NCBI GenBank assembly: GCA_964552755.1
Contig: CAZKHX010000002.1
Span: 88,903-152,902, forward strand
Direction of reading: 5' to 3'
Source: Candidatus Micrarchaeota archaeon
GTDB lineage: Archaea; Micrarchaeota; Micrarchaeia; Anstonellales; Bilamarchaeaceae
Length of the DNA stretch: 64,000 nucleotides
Shown here: positions 42,002 through 51,359 of the stretch, one piece after another
How the letters are laid out: every line of letters starts with the position of its first letter
Numbering within the stretch: the stretch's first letter is position 1
Position numbers and translations under genes: made by a program
Notes under the pieces: model-generated
The model's database searches: none
Told to the model about the DNA's origin: nothing
Seen by the model: the letters and a program-made list of their open reading frames with translations, nothing else

Positions 42002-44050
42002 ATGGGGGAGAAGGACTTATCCTCTTTGGTGGGGGTATTCGATGAATTCTTCAATTCCGTTTACAAGGAGAGGGTTTCAGATGTCGCGCTCTCCTATCCC
42101 CGGATAAGGAGCGTGGAGGTGGACTACAACGACCTGGAGCGCTTCGACCCGGGCGTGGCGGATGCCCTGCTCAACGACCCGGATGATGTGCTCGAGGCCG
42201 CAAGGCAGGCAGTCGCAAACATGAAGCTCCAGCTCCCGGAGGGCACCGGCGATTTCAAGCCCAACGTGCGCTTCCACGCCCTCCCGGGCTCCGAGGTGAT
42301 GATTGAGCGGCTCAGCTCAAAATCCCTCAATGAGCTCGTATCTTTCAAGGCAGTCATCACCAAGCGGACCGATGTGATGCACAAGGTGAAGCTGGCATTT
42401 TACCGATGCCAGGCCTGCGGGGCAACCTACCGCGTGCCCGTGGAGCGCAATTTCAAGGAGCCCAAGAAGTGCGAGGCATGCCAGAAGTTCGCTCTCGTTC
42501 CCGAAGAGGAAAAATCCACGTTCATAGACATGCAGCGCGCGGAGGTGCAGGACATGCTCGAGAAGGTGAGCGGCGGCGCCCCGGCGGCAAAGATAGACCT
42601 CTGGATGGAAGATGACCTGGTGAACCGCATAAATCCCGGAGAGAATGTTGAAATAGTGGGGGTGCTCAGGATAAAGGTCCCGTTCAAGCAGAGGCAGAAG
42701 AAGGAATTCGTTTACGGCCGCTATGTGGAGGTGCTCCACCTCAAGTCCCTGAAGCGCGATTTCGAGGAGATAGAAATCAGCAAGGAGGACAGGAGGAGGA
42801 TACTCGAGCTTTCGCAGGACCCGGAGCTTGAGAAGAAAATCTTCTCTTCCATAGCCCCTGCAATCTACGGCTACGATGAGGTGAAGAAGGCCCTTGCGCT
42901 CCAGCTTTTTGGGGGCACGAAAGGCAAGGTGATGAAGGGAGACGCGCCCGTGCGCGACGACATCCACATTCTCCTGATCGGCGACCCGGGCATCGCCAAG
43001 ACGAGGTTCCTGCAATCGACCACCACAATCGCGCCCAAGAGCATCTACGTGAGCGGCAAGAGCGTCAGCGGGGTCGGCCTTACCGCATCCGCGGAAAAGG
43101 ATGAGCTGGGCGATGGCGGATGGACGCTGAAAGCCGGGGCATTGGTGCTGAGCTCGGGCGGCATGTGCGCAATAGACGAATTCGACAAGATTGACGAGGA
43201 AGACCGCGCCTCCCTCCACGAAGTGATGGAATCCCAGAGCGTTTCCCTTGCAAAGGCGGGCATAGTGGCAAAGTTCAAGGCAAAGACCGCAATTGTCGCG
43301 GCCGCGAACCCCCGCCACGGCCGCTTCAACCAGACCAAGAACCTCGCGGACCAGTTCGACGTCCCCCCGTCACTGCTTTCAAGGTTCGACCTCCTGTTCC
43401 CCATCACGGACGTGCTGGACGAGGAGAAGGATTCACGCCTTGCGGAGCACATACTCACTTCCCATTACGATGCTGCACGCGGGATAGGCTCCCCCGTGGA
43501 AGAGGATACGATAGACCGCACCTTCCTGCGCAAGTATATCGCATACGCGCGCCGCTATATCCACCCGGTCCTCAGCGAGGGCGCAAAGGCAAAGATAAAG
43601 GATTTCTACGTTGAGCTCAGGAGGATGGGCAAGAGCTCCGGCTCGGTCCCGATCACGCCCAGGTACCTCGAGGGGCTCGTGCGCCTTGCGGAAGCGAACG
43701 CAAAGCTCCGCCTAAGCGAGGAAGTGACCGAGCGCGACGCCGACGTCTCAATCGGCCTCCTGAACTATGTCCTCTCAAAGGTGATGACCGACCGGGAAAC
43801 AGGCAAGCTTGACGTTGACATAATCGCCGCCGGCAAGCCGCGCTCCTACTTTGACAAGATAGAGGCCATAGTAGGAATAATCAAGGAGAAGACAAGGGAT
43901 ACCGAGGCAGTGGAGATAGACCAGGTGATTACCGAAGCAGAATCCGCGGGGGTCGACGCGCCGCTCGCAAAAAGGATAATACGCGAACTGCTCAGCAAAG
44001 GGGAGATTTACGAAAAGGAGCCCGGCTGGATAGGGCCGGTGAACAGGTAG
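42002..44050 (+). CDS. mcm: MCM replicative helicase
   Basis: Zn finger CQACGATY...CEAC, Walker A LLIGDPGIAKT, Walker B CAIDEFDK, Arg finger SRFDL and a C-terminal wH. No intein. Confidence 0.95.
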   Translation: MGEKDLSSLVGVFDEFFNSVYKERVSDVALSYPRIRSVEVDYNDLERFDPGVADALLNDPDDVLEAARQAVANMKLQLPEGTGDFKPNVRFHALPGSEVMIERLSSKSLNELVSFKAVITKRTDVMHKVKLAFYRCQACGATYRVPVERNFKEPKKCEACQKFALVPEEEKSTFIDMQRAEVQDMLEKVSGGAPAAKIDLWMEDDLVNRINPGENVEIVGVLRIKVPFKQRQKKEFVYGRYVEVLHLKSLKRDFEEIEISKEDRRRILELSQDPELEKKIFSSIAPAIYGYDEVKKALALQLFGGTKGKVMKGDAPVRDDIHILLIGDPGIAKTRFLQSTTTIAPKSIYVSGKSVSGVGLTASAEKDELGDGGWTLKAGALVLSSGGMCAIDEFDKIDEEDRASLHEVMESQSVSLAKAGIVAKFKAKTAIVAAANPRHGRFNQTKNLADQFDVPPSLLSRFDLLFPITDVLDEEKDSRLAEHILTSHYDAARGIGSPVEEDTIDRTFLRKYIAYARRYIHPVLSEGAKAKIKDFYVELRRMGKSSGSVPITPRYLEGLVRLAEANAKLRLSEEVTERDADVSIGLLNYVLSKVMTDRETGKLDVDIIAAGKPRSYFDKIEAIVGIIKEKTRDTEAVEIDQVITEAESAGVDAPLAKRIIRELLSKGEIYEKEPGWIGPVNR

Positions 44051-44054
44051 CCCG

Positions 44055-44885
44055 ATGCACATCCTCGCCAAAATACTCATATTATTCGTAGCAGCGCAGC
44101 TGCTTGGGGCGTACACAGGCGTATTCATAATACAGGATGCACCCGCGAACCCGATAGTGCAGGACATGATTGCGCAGGAGCCCGCCCCCTCTTTCCCCGC
44201 ATTCCTCTTTTACATACTAATCGGGGTTGCGGTATTCCTCATGCTGATCCGGCTCAGGATAGGAATACTGTTCACGCTCCTCGAAGTAATGGTGGTTTCA
44301 GCAACCTCCTCAGTATTCTTCTATTCCCTGGTCCGGCCCTTCATCGCAGATGCGGTATCCGCGACAGCAGCGGCTGCAGCGCTCGGCCTCGCGCTCGCAT
44401 TCGCAAAGCTGCTCCGGCCGCAGCTCAAGAACATTGCCGCAATCGCGGCAAGCATAGGCGCGGGCGCCGCGTTCGGATTCTCATTCAGCTTTGCCGCGGC
44501 AATGCTCTTCATGCTGCTCATGGCCGCCTACGACTACCTTGCTGTCTTCAGGACAAAGCACATGGTGCACATGGCAAAGGAGATAGTGAAAAGGAACCTG
44601 AGCTTCACGATAACTTCCGTGCAGAAAATGCCTTCCGGCAAGGTGTCAAGGATGGACCTAGGCACGGGCGACATCGCGCTCCCGATAATGGTTGAGGTCT
44701 CCGCATTCGCGGTGCACCCCGGCCTCGCAGTTGCCTCGTTCCTCGGTGCACTCGCCGGGGTCGGCACGGTGCTCTTCTACGCATGGAAAAACAGGACCCT
44801 GCTCCCCGCAATACCCTTTATCGCAGGGGGCACATTCCTTGCGGTAGCAGTCTTCCTAATCGCAGCCATGCTCATTCCTGCCTAA
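44055..44885 (+). CDS. Presenilin/signal-peptide-peptidase homolog (A22 intramembrane aspartyl protease)
   Basis: Polytopic protein with catalytic motifs AAYDYLAVF (YD) and LGTGDIALP (GxGD), plus a PAL-like LLPAIPF. It starts 4 nt after the mcm stop. Confidence 0.7.
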   Translation: MHILAKILILFVAAQLLGAYTGVFIIQDAPANPIVQDMIAQEPAPSFPAFLFYILIGVAVFLMLIRLRIGILFTLLEVMVVSATSSVFFYSLVRPFIADAVSATAAAAALGLALAFAKLLRPQLKNIAAIAASIGAGAAFGFSFSFAAAMLFMLLMAAYDYLAVFRTKHMVHMAKEIVKRNLSFTITSVQKMPSGKVSRMDLGTGDIALPIMVEVSAFAVHPGLAVASFLGALAGVGTVLFYAWKNRTLLPAIPFIAGGTFLAVAVFLIAAMLIPA

Positions 44886-44887
44886 AA

Positions 44888-45265
44888 TCAGAGTGCGCCC
44901 CTGTCCAAGTGCTGCACTTCAATTCTGTGGGCCTTAAGGTGCTTCTCCATTTCCCTCAGGGCATTTTCAGGGTTCCCGCCGCAGGTGAATATGTCCATCG
45001 CGGCATAGCCGTACTCCGGCCAGGTATGGATGGAGATGTGGGACTCCGCAAGGAGCAAATATCCGGTTACGCCCTGAGGGGAGAACTTGTGCATGCCCAC
45101 GTCAAGGATGGTCATCTTCGCGGAGTTTGCCGCCGCTATCATTGCCTTTTTGAGGTAGTTCTCATCATTCAGGAGCCCGGCCTCGTTTGTGAACACTTCA
45201 GCAATGATATGCCGCCCCAGCGAAGTAGCGGTTCTCCCCACCACTGCACCTTCCATCATGGGCAA
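44888..45265 (-). CDS. speD: S-adenosylmethionine decarboxylase proenzyme (small, SpeH/SpeD type)
   Basis: LLLAESHISIHTWPEYGYAAMDIFTCG, with the self-processing E-S site and conserved HTWPE. Confidence 0.88.
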   Translation of the reverse strand: MPMMEGAVVGRTATSLGRHIIAEVFTNEAGLLNDENYLKKAMIAAANSAKMTILDVGMHKFSPQGVTGYLLLAESHISIHTWPEYGYAAMDIFTCGGNPENALREMEKHLKAHRIEVQHLDRGAL

Positions 45266-45334
45266 TTTCTGTTATTGAAAGTATTTAAAATAACTACTTT
45301 TAGGCACCCCTAAAAATTTTCTCCCGCTAAAAGT

Positions 45335-46354
45335 TTAGGTGCACCTAAAATCTATTGCAAGCTGCTCCCGCGCCGCGGAGAACGGCCGCACTGCTTTCAC
45401 CCGCAGCGCCTTTGCCCCCCTCTTCGCTTTCCGCGCAGCCATGAGCACCGCTTCCCATGCCTTTTCCGCGCCCCCTTCCTTCTCTGCAATCGTGTACAGG
45501 TGCACGATTCCCCCCTTCTTCACCGCCATGATTGCCTCGGGCAGGAACTTCTCCGCGGAGTGCGGCAGGGGCATGAGCACCCGGTCCGCGAATCCCCGGA
45601 ACATCTTCGGCACGACCTTCTTCACGTCACCCTTAACCACTTTCACGTGCCCCCTCAGCTTGTTCATGCCGATGCTCTCCCCAAAATGCCTCACAGCGGA
45701 GGGGTTCAGCTCGATGCCCGCCACTTCCGCATCCTTCCTTTTTGCAATCGCAAGCGCATAGGGACCCACGCCCGCAAAGAGCACGAGCACTTTCTCCCCG
45801 TCCTCCACAAGCCCGGCAACCCTTTTCCTCTCAGCCGCCAGCCGGGGCGTGAAGTATTCCTTCGCAATATCCACTTTCATGCGCACTCCGTTCTCGGCAT
45901 GCACGGTCTCCGTCCGCATGTCCCCCGCAAGGTGCGCCAGCCGGGTGACACGGTACCTGCCTTCCCTTCCGCCTGCCTTCCTGAAAACCGCCTTCAGCTT
46001 CGAGTCCGATTCGAGAAGAAGCAGCCCAATCTCCCGGGCTTTCTTGGAAAATTTTTCCGGCACTTCCAGCACCGCAATGTCCCCAATAACGTCGTATGAG
46101 AAAACAGCATCCCCCGCGCCTTTCCCGAGCAGCTTCGCAAGCAATTCCCTGAAAGCGGGCTTCCTGCGCACGCGCGCCATCCTCCGCTTCACCAGTTTGT
46201 GCCCCGGCACCTTCCCGCGCACCGGGAAATAGACAAATCCCCCCTCCGTCTCCGCCTTGTGCAAACTGTCGAGCAGCCCGGAGGATGAGAGCTTTTTCCT
46301 CATTTTCTCGGCTTCCCGCGCCTTCACTTTCACCGCAGTCGCCATCCCGCTCAC
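45335..46354 (-). CDS. trm5: tRNA (guanine37-N1)-methyltransferase Trm5 / Met-10+ family
   Basis: SAM motif VLVLFAGVGPYALAIA and Met-10+-like NPSAV...LP. A GTG at 46354 overlaps the leuS stop; the alternative ATG is at 46345. Confidence 0.75.
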   Translation of the reverse strand: MSGMATAVKVKAREAEKMRKKLSSSGLLDSLHKAETEGGFVYFPVRGKVPGHKLVKRRMARVRRKPAFRELLAKLLGKGAGDAVFSYDVIGDIAVLEVPEKFSKKAREIGLLLLESDSKLKAVFRKAGGREGRYRVTRLAHLAGDMRTETVHAENGVRMKVDIAKEYFTPRLAAERKRVAGLVEDGEKVLVLFAGVGPYALAIAKRKDAEVAGIELNPSAVRHFGESIGMNKLRGHVKVVKGDVKKVVPKMFRGFADRVLMPLPHSAEKFLPEAIMAVKKGGIVHLYTIAEKEGGAEKAWEAVLMAARKAKRGAKALRVKAVRPFSAAREQLAIDFRCT

Positions 46355-49092
46355 TCCAGCATTATCGCGGGCTTGCCCGGCGCGGCAACAGAGGCCTTCT
46401 CATGCTTTGCGCCTTCCTCGCTGCCCACCACCACTTCGCAGCCGCACTCCTTTGAGAGGAATTCCGCAGCGCCCTCAAGCGCCTCCAGCTCCTTTTCCGG
46501 GGGCAGCGCCTCAGGGAGGGCATGCACTTTAGGAAGCAGCGACTTCGCGAATCTGGACGCTTTCCCCATGTCCGCGCCTCCCGCTTTCGCGGCCTCCATC
46601 GCGGCAGGCACCTGTTTGCTTTCCCTCATTGCATTGTAAACCGCAAATTTCCATCCCGCCGGCACATAGATGTACGCCTTCTCCGGCGACGAGCCGAGCC
46701 GCTCAGCAATCCGCTCCACGTCCTTCTTCACGGTTGCAACCAGCTCCTCGCCCATCTCCAGCTCAGGCTCCACCAGTTCCGGGGAAACCTCGGGGAATTT
46801 CGCATTCACCACAAAGGGCTTTTTCCCGAGCCGCTCCCATACCTCCTCCGCAAAGTGCGGCATGAAGGGCGAAACCGCAACCGCCCAGTTCTCGAAGAAC
46901 CACTTGAGCTTGGGCTCGCCCGTGCGCCTCTCATACCACTGCAGGTCCGCAACCGCGCCGTAGAAGAGGTTGTGCGCAAGCTCCCTCATCTCCAGCTTCT
47001 CGTACATGGAGGGCAGGGCCATCAGCCGGCCGGCAAACCTTGACCTGAGCCACTTCTCCATCCTGCCCTTCCCGTCCCCCCTTGCATGCGCAAGCATGCC
47101 TTCAAGGTAGCTGAGCCGGCTCTTCACGCCCTCTGCAACGCTCCGCTCGAAATTGGAGTCCTGCGAAATGTCCGCGCCCGCCACGACCGAGAACCGCACG
47201 ACGTCCGCCCCGTATTCCCTTATCGCCTTCCTGAGGGGCAGGATGTTGCCGAAGGACTTGCTCATCTTCTTCCCCTCCATGAGCACGAATCCGTTTGTGG
47301 TGATGCCGCACGGCCACAAATCCTTTGCAAGCACCGCAACGTGGTTGAATATGAAGAACGGCAGGTGGTTCCTTATCAGGTCCGAGGCGCTGTGCCGCGC
47401 ATCCAGCGGATACCAGTAGAGGAATTCGGAGCGCAGGCGGTCCCAGCCCTTCTTTCCCTTCCCCTTCCCCAGGAAAACGTAATCGAACATCTCCTCCCCG
47501 ACTTCCTCTTCCGGAAACTCCCCCAGCAGGTGGGAAATGGTATAGAACGCCATGTAGAGCGTGGAATCCGAAAGCGCCTCGATCATCTTCGTCTCGTCGA
47601 ACGGGAAGCGCGTGCCCAGCCCGGAGGAGCGCGTGCATGCCTTCTCCCTGAGCCATTCAATCGTTGCAAGATAATCCTTCCTCTCGCGCTCCGGCAGTAT
47701 CTCCATCTCCCCAAGGCATTCCCTTGCCTTCGCCTTCCATGCCTCGTCCCCGTAGCTGATGAACCACTGGTCCTCGACCTTCTTCACCCCAATCTGCGCG
47801 CCGCACCTGCAGCGCACCGGGCCGTTCCCGATTATGAAAAGCGCAAGCGCCTTCCCTTCCTTGAGCAGCTTCTCCTTCACCCTGTCTTTCGCGTCCTTTA
47901 CGGGCACGCCCCTGAAGTCGCCCACGAGCATCACGCCCTCGTGCGCCTCCTGCTTGTAAACTTCTTTCGTCGCCTTCTCCGCTTTCGGGTCGCCCTGGTT
48001 TTTCACGCCCAGCCGCTCAACGGCCTCCTGCGCGGGCGAGGCCCGTTTTCTGTTTCCAGTTCCCGGTTCCCTGCCCAGCCCCTCCCTTTTCCCTATTATT
48101 ATGATGGGCTCAATCTCCCCCAGCTTCCCGAGGTCCCTGAGCGCAAGGAAATCGTATGGCGCGTGCGCGGGCACACTCATCACCACGCCCGTGCCCGAAT
48201 TCGCGTCCACGAAACCCGCAGGAAGTATGGGCACCTTCCTCCCGAAGGGGGTTTCGCACTCGCCGCCCGCAATCTCCTTCCCGGGGATTTCCTCAACCTC
48301 ATGTATCTCATGCTGCAGCCTGAAGAAGGGCGCAGCCTTTTTCGCAAGATAGAAGAACTCGCCCCCGTGCTGAACCTTCAAATACATCTCCTCCGGGTTC
48401 ACCCACACATTGGTGAGCCCGTAAACCGTTTCCGGCCTGTAGGTGGTGGTTACGAGGTAGCCCTCCTTGTACGGGAATTTCACCACCGTTGCCTCCTCTA
48501 TTTCCGGGTCAACGTCGCCCTGCGTGTCATGCGCGCCAACCACGTTCGAATCCTTCGGGCACCAGGCGACCCTGTGGCTGCCCTTCGCAAGGCAGCCCGC
48601 ATCCTTCAGCCTCCTGAACTGCCACTGTATGAACCTGTTGAAGAGCCTGTCAAAAGTGTAGAATTTCCTTCTCCAGTCAATCGCATAGCCCATCTCCTTC
48701 ATGCCCTCCTCGATTTCCCTTGAGAAGTACAGCACGAGGTCCTCCGGCTCGGTGAGCTGCCCGGCCTGCTCCCTGCCTATCCCGTAGACCTTGTCAAAGA
48801 TTTCCAGCAGCTCGTCGTCCTTCTCCTCAAGCCGCTTCGCCATCGCGATGATGGGCGTGCCGGTCACGTGGAACGCCATGGGGTAGAGCACATTCCTGCC
48901 CCTCAGCCTCCAGTACCTCGCGGAAATGTCAGTAACGGTATATGTCCTGCCGTGGCCTATGTGCTGGGGCGAGTTCGGGTAGGGGAAAGCCGCGGTGAGG
49001 AACCACTTCTCCCTTGCATCCGGGTCGCTCCCGTAAACGCCTGCGCGCTCCCACCTCTCGCGCCATTTCCCCTCAATGTCCCTGAAATCCAT
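46351..49092 (-). CDS. leuS: Leucyl-tRNA synthetase (archaeal type)
   Basis: PYPNSPQHIGHGRTY (HIGH), GKKMSKSFGN (KMSKS), a CP1 editing insertion and 913 aa. Confidence 0.95.
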   Translation of the reverse strand: MDFRDIEGKWRERWERAGVYGSDPDAREKWFLTAAFPYPNSPQHIGHGRTYTVTDISARYWRLRGRNVLYPMAFHVTGTPIIAMAKRLEEKDDELLEIFDKVYGIGREQAGQLTEPEDLVLYFSREIEEGMKEMGYAIDWRRKFYTFDRLFNRFIQWQFRRLKDAGCLAKGSHRVAWCPKDSNVVGAHDTQGDVDPEIEEATVVKFPYKEGYLVTTTYRPETVYGLTNVWVNPEEMYLKVQHGGEFFYLAKKAAPFFRLQHEIHEVEEIPGKEIAGGECETPFGRKVPILPAGFVDANSGTGVVMSVPAHAPYDFLALRDLGKLGEIEPIIIIGKREGLGREPGTGNRKRASPAQEAVERLGVKNQGDPKAEKATKEVYKQEAHEGVMLVGDFRGVPVKDAKDRVKEKLLKEGKALALFIIGNGPVRCRCGAQIGVKKVEDQWFISYGDEAWKAKARECLGEMEILPERERKDYLATIEWLREKACTRSSGLGTRFPFDETKMIEALSDSTLYMAFYTISHLLGEFPEEEVGEEMFDYVFLGKGKGKKGWDRLRSEFLYWYPLDARHSASDLIRNHLPFFIFNHVAVLAKDLWPCGITTNGFVLMEGKKMSKSFGNILPLRKAIREYGADVVRFSVVAGADISQDSNFERSVAEGVKSRLSYLEGMLAHARGDGKGRMEKWLRSRFAGRLMALPSMYEKLEMRELAHNLFYGAVADLQWYERRTGEPKLKWFFENWAVAVSPFMPHFAEEVWERLGKKPFVVNAKFPEVSPELVEPELEMGEELVATVKKDVERIAERLGSSPEKAYIYVPAGWKFAVYNAMRESKQVPAAMEAAKAGGADMGKASRFAKSLLPKVHALPEALPPEKELEALEGAAEFLSKECGCEVVVGSEEGAKHEKASVAAPGKPAIMLE

Positions 49093-49134
49093 GAAAACCG
49101 CCTCCCGCGTGGTGTTCTTTTACGCCGGAATAGA

Positions 49135-49142
49135 TTTATATT
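49135..49142 (+). promoter_or_regulatory. TATA-box candidate for the six-gene membrane operon (leaderless start at 49166)
   Basis: TTTATATT lies 24-31 nt upstream of ATG 49166, in the 73-nt divergent gap between leuS and the first paralog. Confidence 0.4.
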
Positions 49143-49165
49143 CCTTAGTCGCCTTGTATAAAAGC

Positions 49166-50386
49166 ATGCTAGAGGGTGCAGCTCTGCCGCTACTGACAAC
49201 ACTGTCCTCAGTGCCAACCCCCACGCTTGCAATCGCTGCGCTCGCGCTCACTTTCGTGGGCATAATTGTCGTCTACATGCTTTCCCGGATTGTAAACTCC
49301 CCGCCGCTCGAGGCGTTCATGCGCGAGGAGTTCGCCCACTTCATCCTCACGGTCGCAATCTTCGCATTGTGGCTGGTTTTCTATTCCATATTCCTTGGCA
49401 TCGCCTCCGCCACGGTGTGCGGGGGCGCATCCTGCGACATAATGGCAGTCGCGCTCTATTCCCTCAGCATAATCAAGGCCAAGCTCTTCGGCATCTACAT
49501 AAACATCCTCGGCTACGAGGCAATAATCGGCTTCCTTTCCACAGTAGGCGTGAGCCTGCCTATCCCGATGGCGAACATGATTGCCTCAAACACGTGGATT
49601 GGCTTCTCCCCCCTCGGCGGCCTTGGCATACTCAGCAACGTCCTCATCACCCTCGTTGAATCCGTCGGTTTCCTCATCGGGCTGGTAATCGGCAGGATTT
49701 TCCTGCTCAATTTCTTCTCCGCGATAGTCCCATACGTGATGCTGCCCATGGGGCTGGCGATGCGCGCCCTGCCGTTCACGCGCAGGACCGGCTCATCCTT
49801 GATTGCCCTTTCCTTTGCCGCGTACTTCATATTCCCCCTCTCGGTAATCCTTTCCCACGGCCTGATATTCGGCTCCGCATACACCCCGGACCTTGACACC
49901 AGCACGTACATCAGCGACGTGCCCACGTTCGCGAAAATATGCGACGACCCGAATGGCGACTACGCGACAAGCACCTCAATCGAAGCCGGGGAAAAGCTTG
50001 CTGGGGAGAGCCAGGTCTCCTACGAAAGCTGGTGGTGGCAGAGCAAGGCGTTCGTGGGCGAGTCCGCGGATTTCGCGGGCGAGCAGCTCTGGGAGGAGGG
50101 CGGCTTCATAGACTACTTCAAGACGCACTACAACACCGGAGGCGCCTGGCTGGCGATGGCGGGCAAGTATGCGACGATGGGGCCCTCAGCCGCAATAAAC
50201 CCGGTGACGTTCGCGCATGCCGCATACTACTTCTCCATGGCGCAGATACCAAATATCATGCGCTTCGCGGTATTTGTAATGACGACTTTCGTGCTTGAGA
50301 TAATCATAACCGTGACCGGCTACCGTGCAATAGCCCATGCAATAGGCGGCGAGCTGGAGATACTGGGGCTTACGAAGGTGGTGTGA
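49166..50386 (+). CDS. Polytopic membrane protein, paralog A of an uncharacterised six-member family
   Basis: 406 aa from ATG 49166 (the track start 49076 would overlap leuS). Family motifs: PPLEAFMREEFAHF, LPMGLAMRALPFTRRTGSSLIALSFAAYFIFPL and C-terminal IGGELEILGLTKVV. Confidence 0.8.
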   Translation: MLEGAALPLLTTLSSVPTPTLAIAALALTFVGIIVVYMLSRIVNSPPLEAFMREEFAHFILTVAIFALWLVFYSIFLGIASATVCGGASCDIMAVALYSLSIIKAKLFGIYINILGYEAIIGFLSTVGVSLPIPMANMIASNTWIGFSPLGGLGILSNVLITLVESVGFLIGLVIGRIFLLNFFSAIVPYVMLPMGLAMRALPFTRRTGSSLIALSFAAYFIFPLSVILSHGLIFGSAYTPDLDTSTYISDVPTFAKICDDPNGDYATSTSIEAGEKLAGESQVSYESWWWQSKAFVGESADFAGEQLWEEGGFIDYFKTHYNTGGAWLAMAGKYATMGPSAAINPVTFAHAAYYFSMAQIPNIMRFAVFVMTTFVLEIIITVTGYRAIAHAIGGELEILGLTKVV

Positions 50387-51358
50387 ATGCTGGACTTCTT
50401 CGCTTTCGTGGCCTCCGGGACGGTGCTCGTGCTTTCCGCCTACCTCGCCCTCGTCTACATGGCATCCAGGGTATTCAACAAGCCGGAGCTCTCGGCATAC
50501 GCGCGCGTGGAGCTCTACCAGCTCTTCATCTCAGCAATCATATTCGTTGTCGCATTCGGCGCATTCGCCTTCTCGCAGGAGGCGGGCAAGGCCCTCGTGG
50601 GCGGCGAGCCCATAACGGTTTCCCTCAACTACCTCCAGAAAATAATACAGCGCGGCGTGCTGCCCGCCTATATGGACCTCATTTCCCTTGATGTGCGCCT
50701 CACGTACTTCTCTGCGCTGGAGGGAAGGCAGGGCCCGGGGGTATGGCATTACGCAGTAAAATCCATGCCCGGCCTTGAGCCGGTGATAAGCGTGGTGCGC
50801 ACCCTCACGTTTACGATGACCGCCATTTTCGGCACGCTCACCGCGCAGGTGCTGATATTCAACCTCATACCAGTCCTCACCGCGGGCTTCATGCTGCCTG
50901 CGGGGGTGCTGCTCAGGTTCTTCCCTCCCACGCGCGACGCGGGCATATACCTCATCGTGCTGGCAATCGCATTCCAGTCATTCTTCCCGTTAATCTATTC
51001 CCTCAACAGCATGGCGATGGACGACATATGGAAAGCACACGGCTGGGGCGACGAGTACCAGCCCTACACGTCCCTTCCCGCGAACCTCTTCGGCAAGGAA
51101 TTCTCCCTGCTCGACCCTGAGGCGATACCTGAATGGCTTCACATCCCGGATGCGGCGCAGGTCGCCCACCCAACTTTCGTGACAGAGGTATTGCTGTTCC
51201 TGCCGTTCCTGAGTTTCCTCAACTTCGCCGCGCTGGAGCCGTTCTTCGAGGGGATTGCGTCGCTCTCGCTGGTTGCTCTTTTCCAGCCCGCTCTGGCAAT
51301 GTCCGTAACAGTTGCATTTGTAAATGCAGTGACAAAGTTCATCACGGGGAGGGGCTGA
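50387..51358 (+). CDS. Polytopic membrane protein, paralog B
   Basis: 323 aa. Motifs PELSAYARVELYQLF and LPAGVLLRFFPPTRDAGIYLIVLAIAFQSFFPL; C-terminus AVTKFITGRG. The ATG directly abuts the stop of A (TGAATG). Confidence 0.8.
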   Translation: MLDFFAFVASGTVLVLSAYLALVYMASRVFNKPELSAYARVELYQLFISAIIFVVAFGAFAFSQEAGKALVGGEPITVSLNYLQKIIQRGVLPAYMDLISLDVRLTYFSALEGRQGPGVWHYAVKSMPGLEPVISVVRTLTFTMTAIFGTLTAQVLIFNLIPVLTAGFMLPAGVLLRFFPPTRDAGIYLIVLAIAFQSFFPLIYSLNSMAMDDIWKAHGWGDEYQPYTSLPANLFGKEFSLLDPEAIPEWLHIPDAAQVAHPTFVTEVLLFLPFLSFLNFAALEPFFEGIASLSLVALFQPALAMSVTVAFVNAVTKFITGRG

Positions 51359-51359
51359 C

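Noticed and set aside
45334-45349. Perfect 16-nt palindrome TTTAGGTGCACCTAAA, considered as a protein-binding site or mobile-element end
   Set aside because: It overlaps the trm5 stop codon and is followed on the minus strand by T-rich sequence and a second small hairpin. It is most simply a transcription terminator hairpin, and no partner repeat occurs elsewhere in the window.
47086-48723. 545-aa plus-strand ORF (and 46522..47043, 46629..46865 and others)
   Set aside because: These lie antisense to leuS, which carries both class I synthetase signatures, so they are shadow ORFs.
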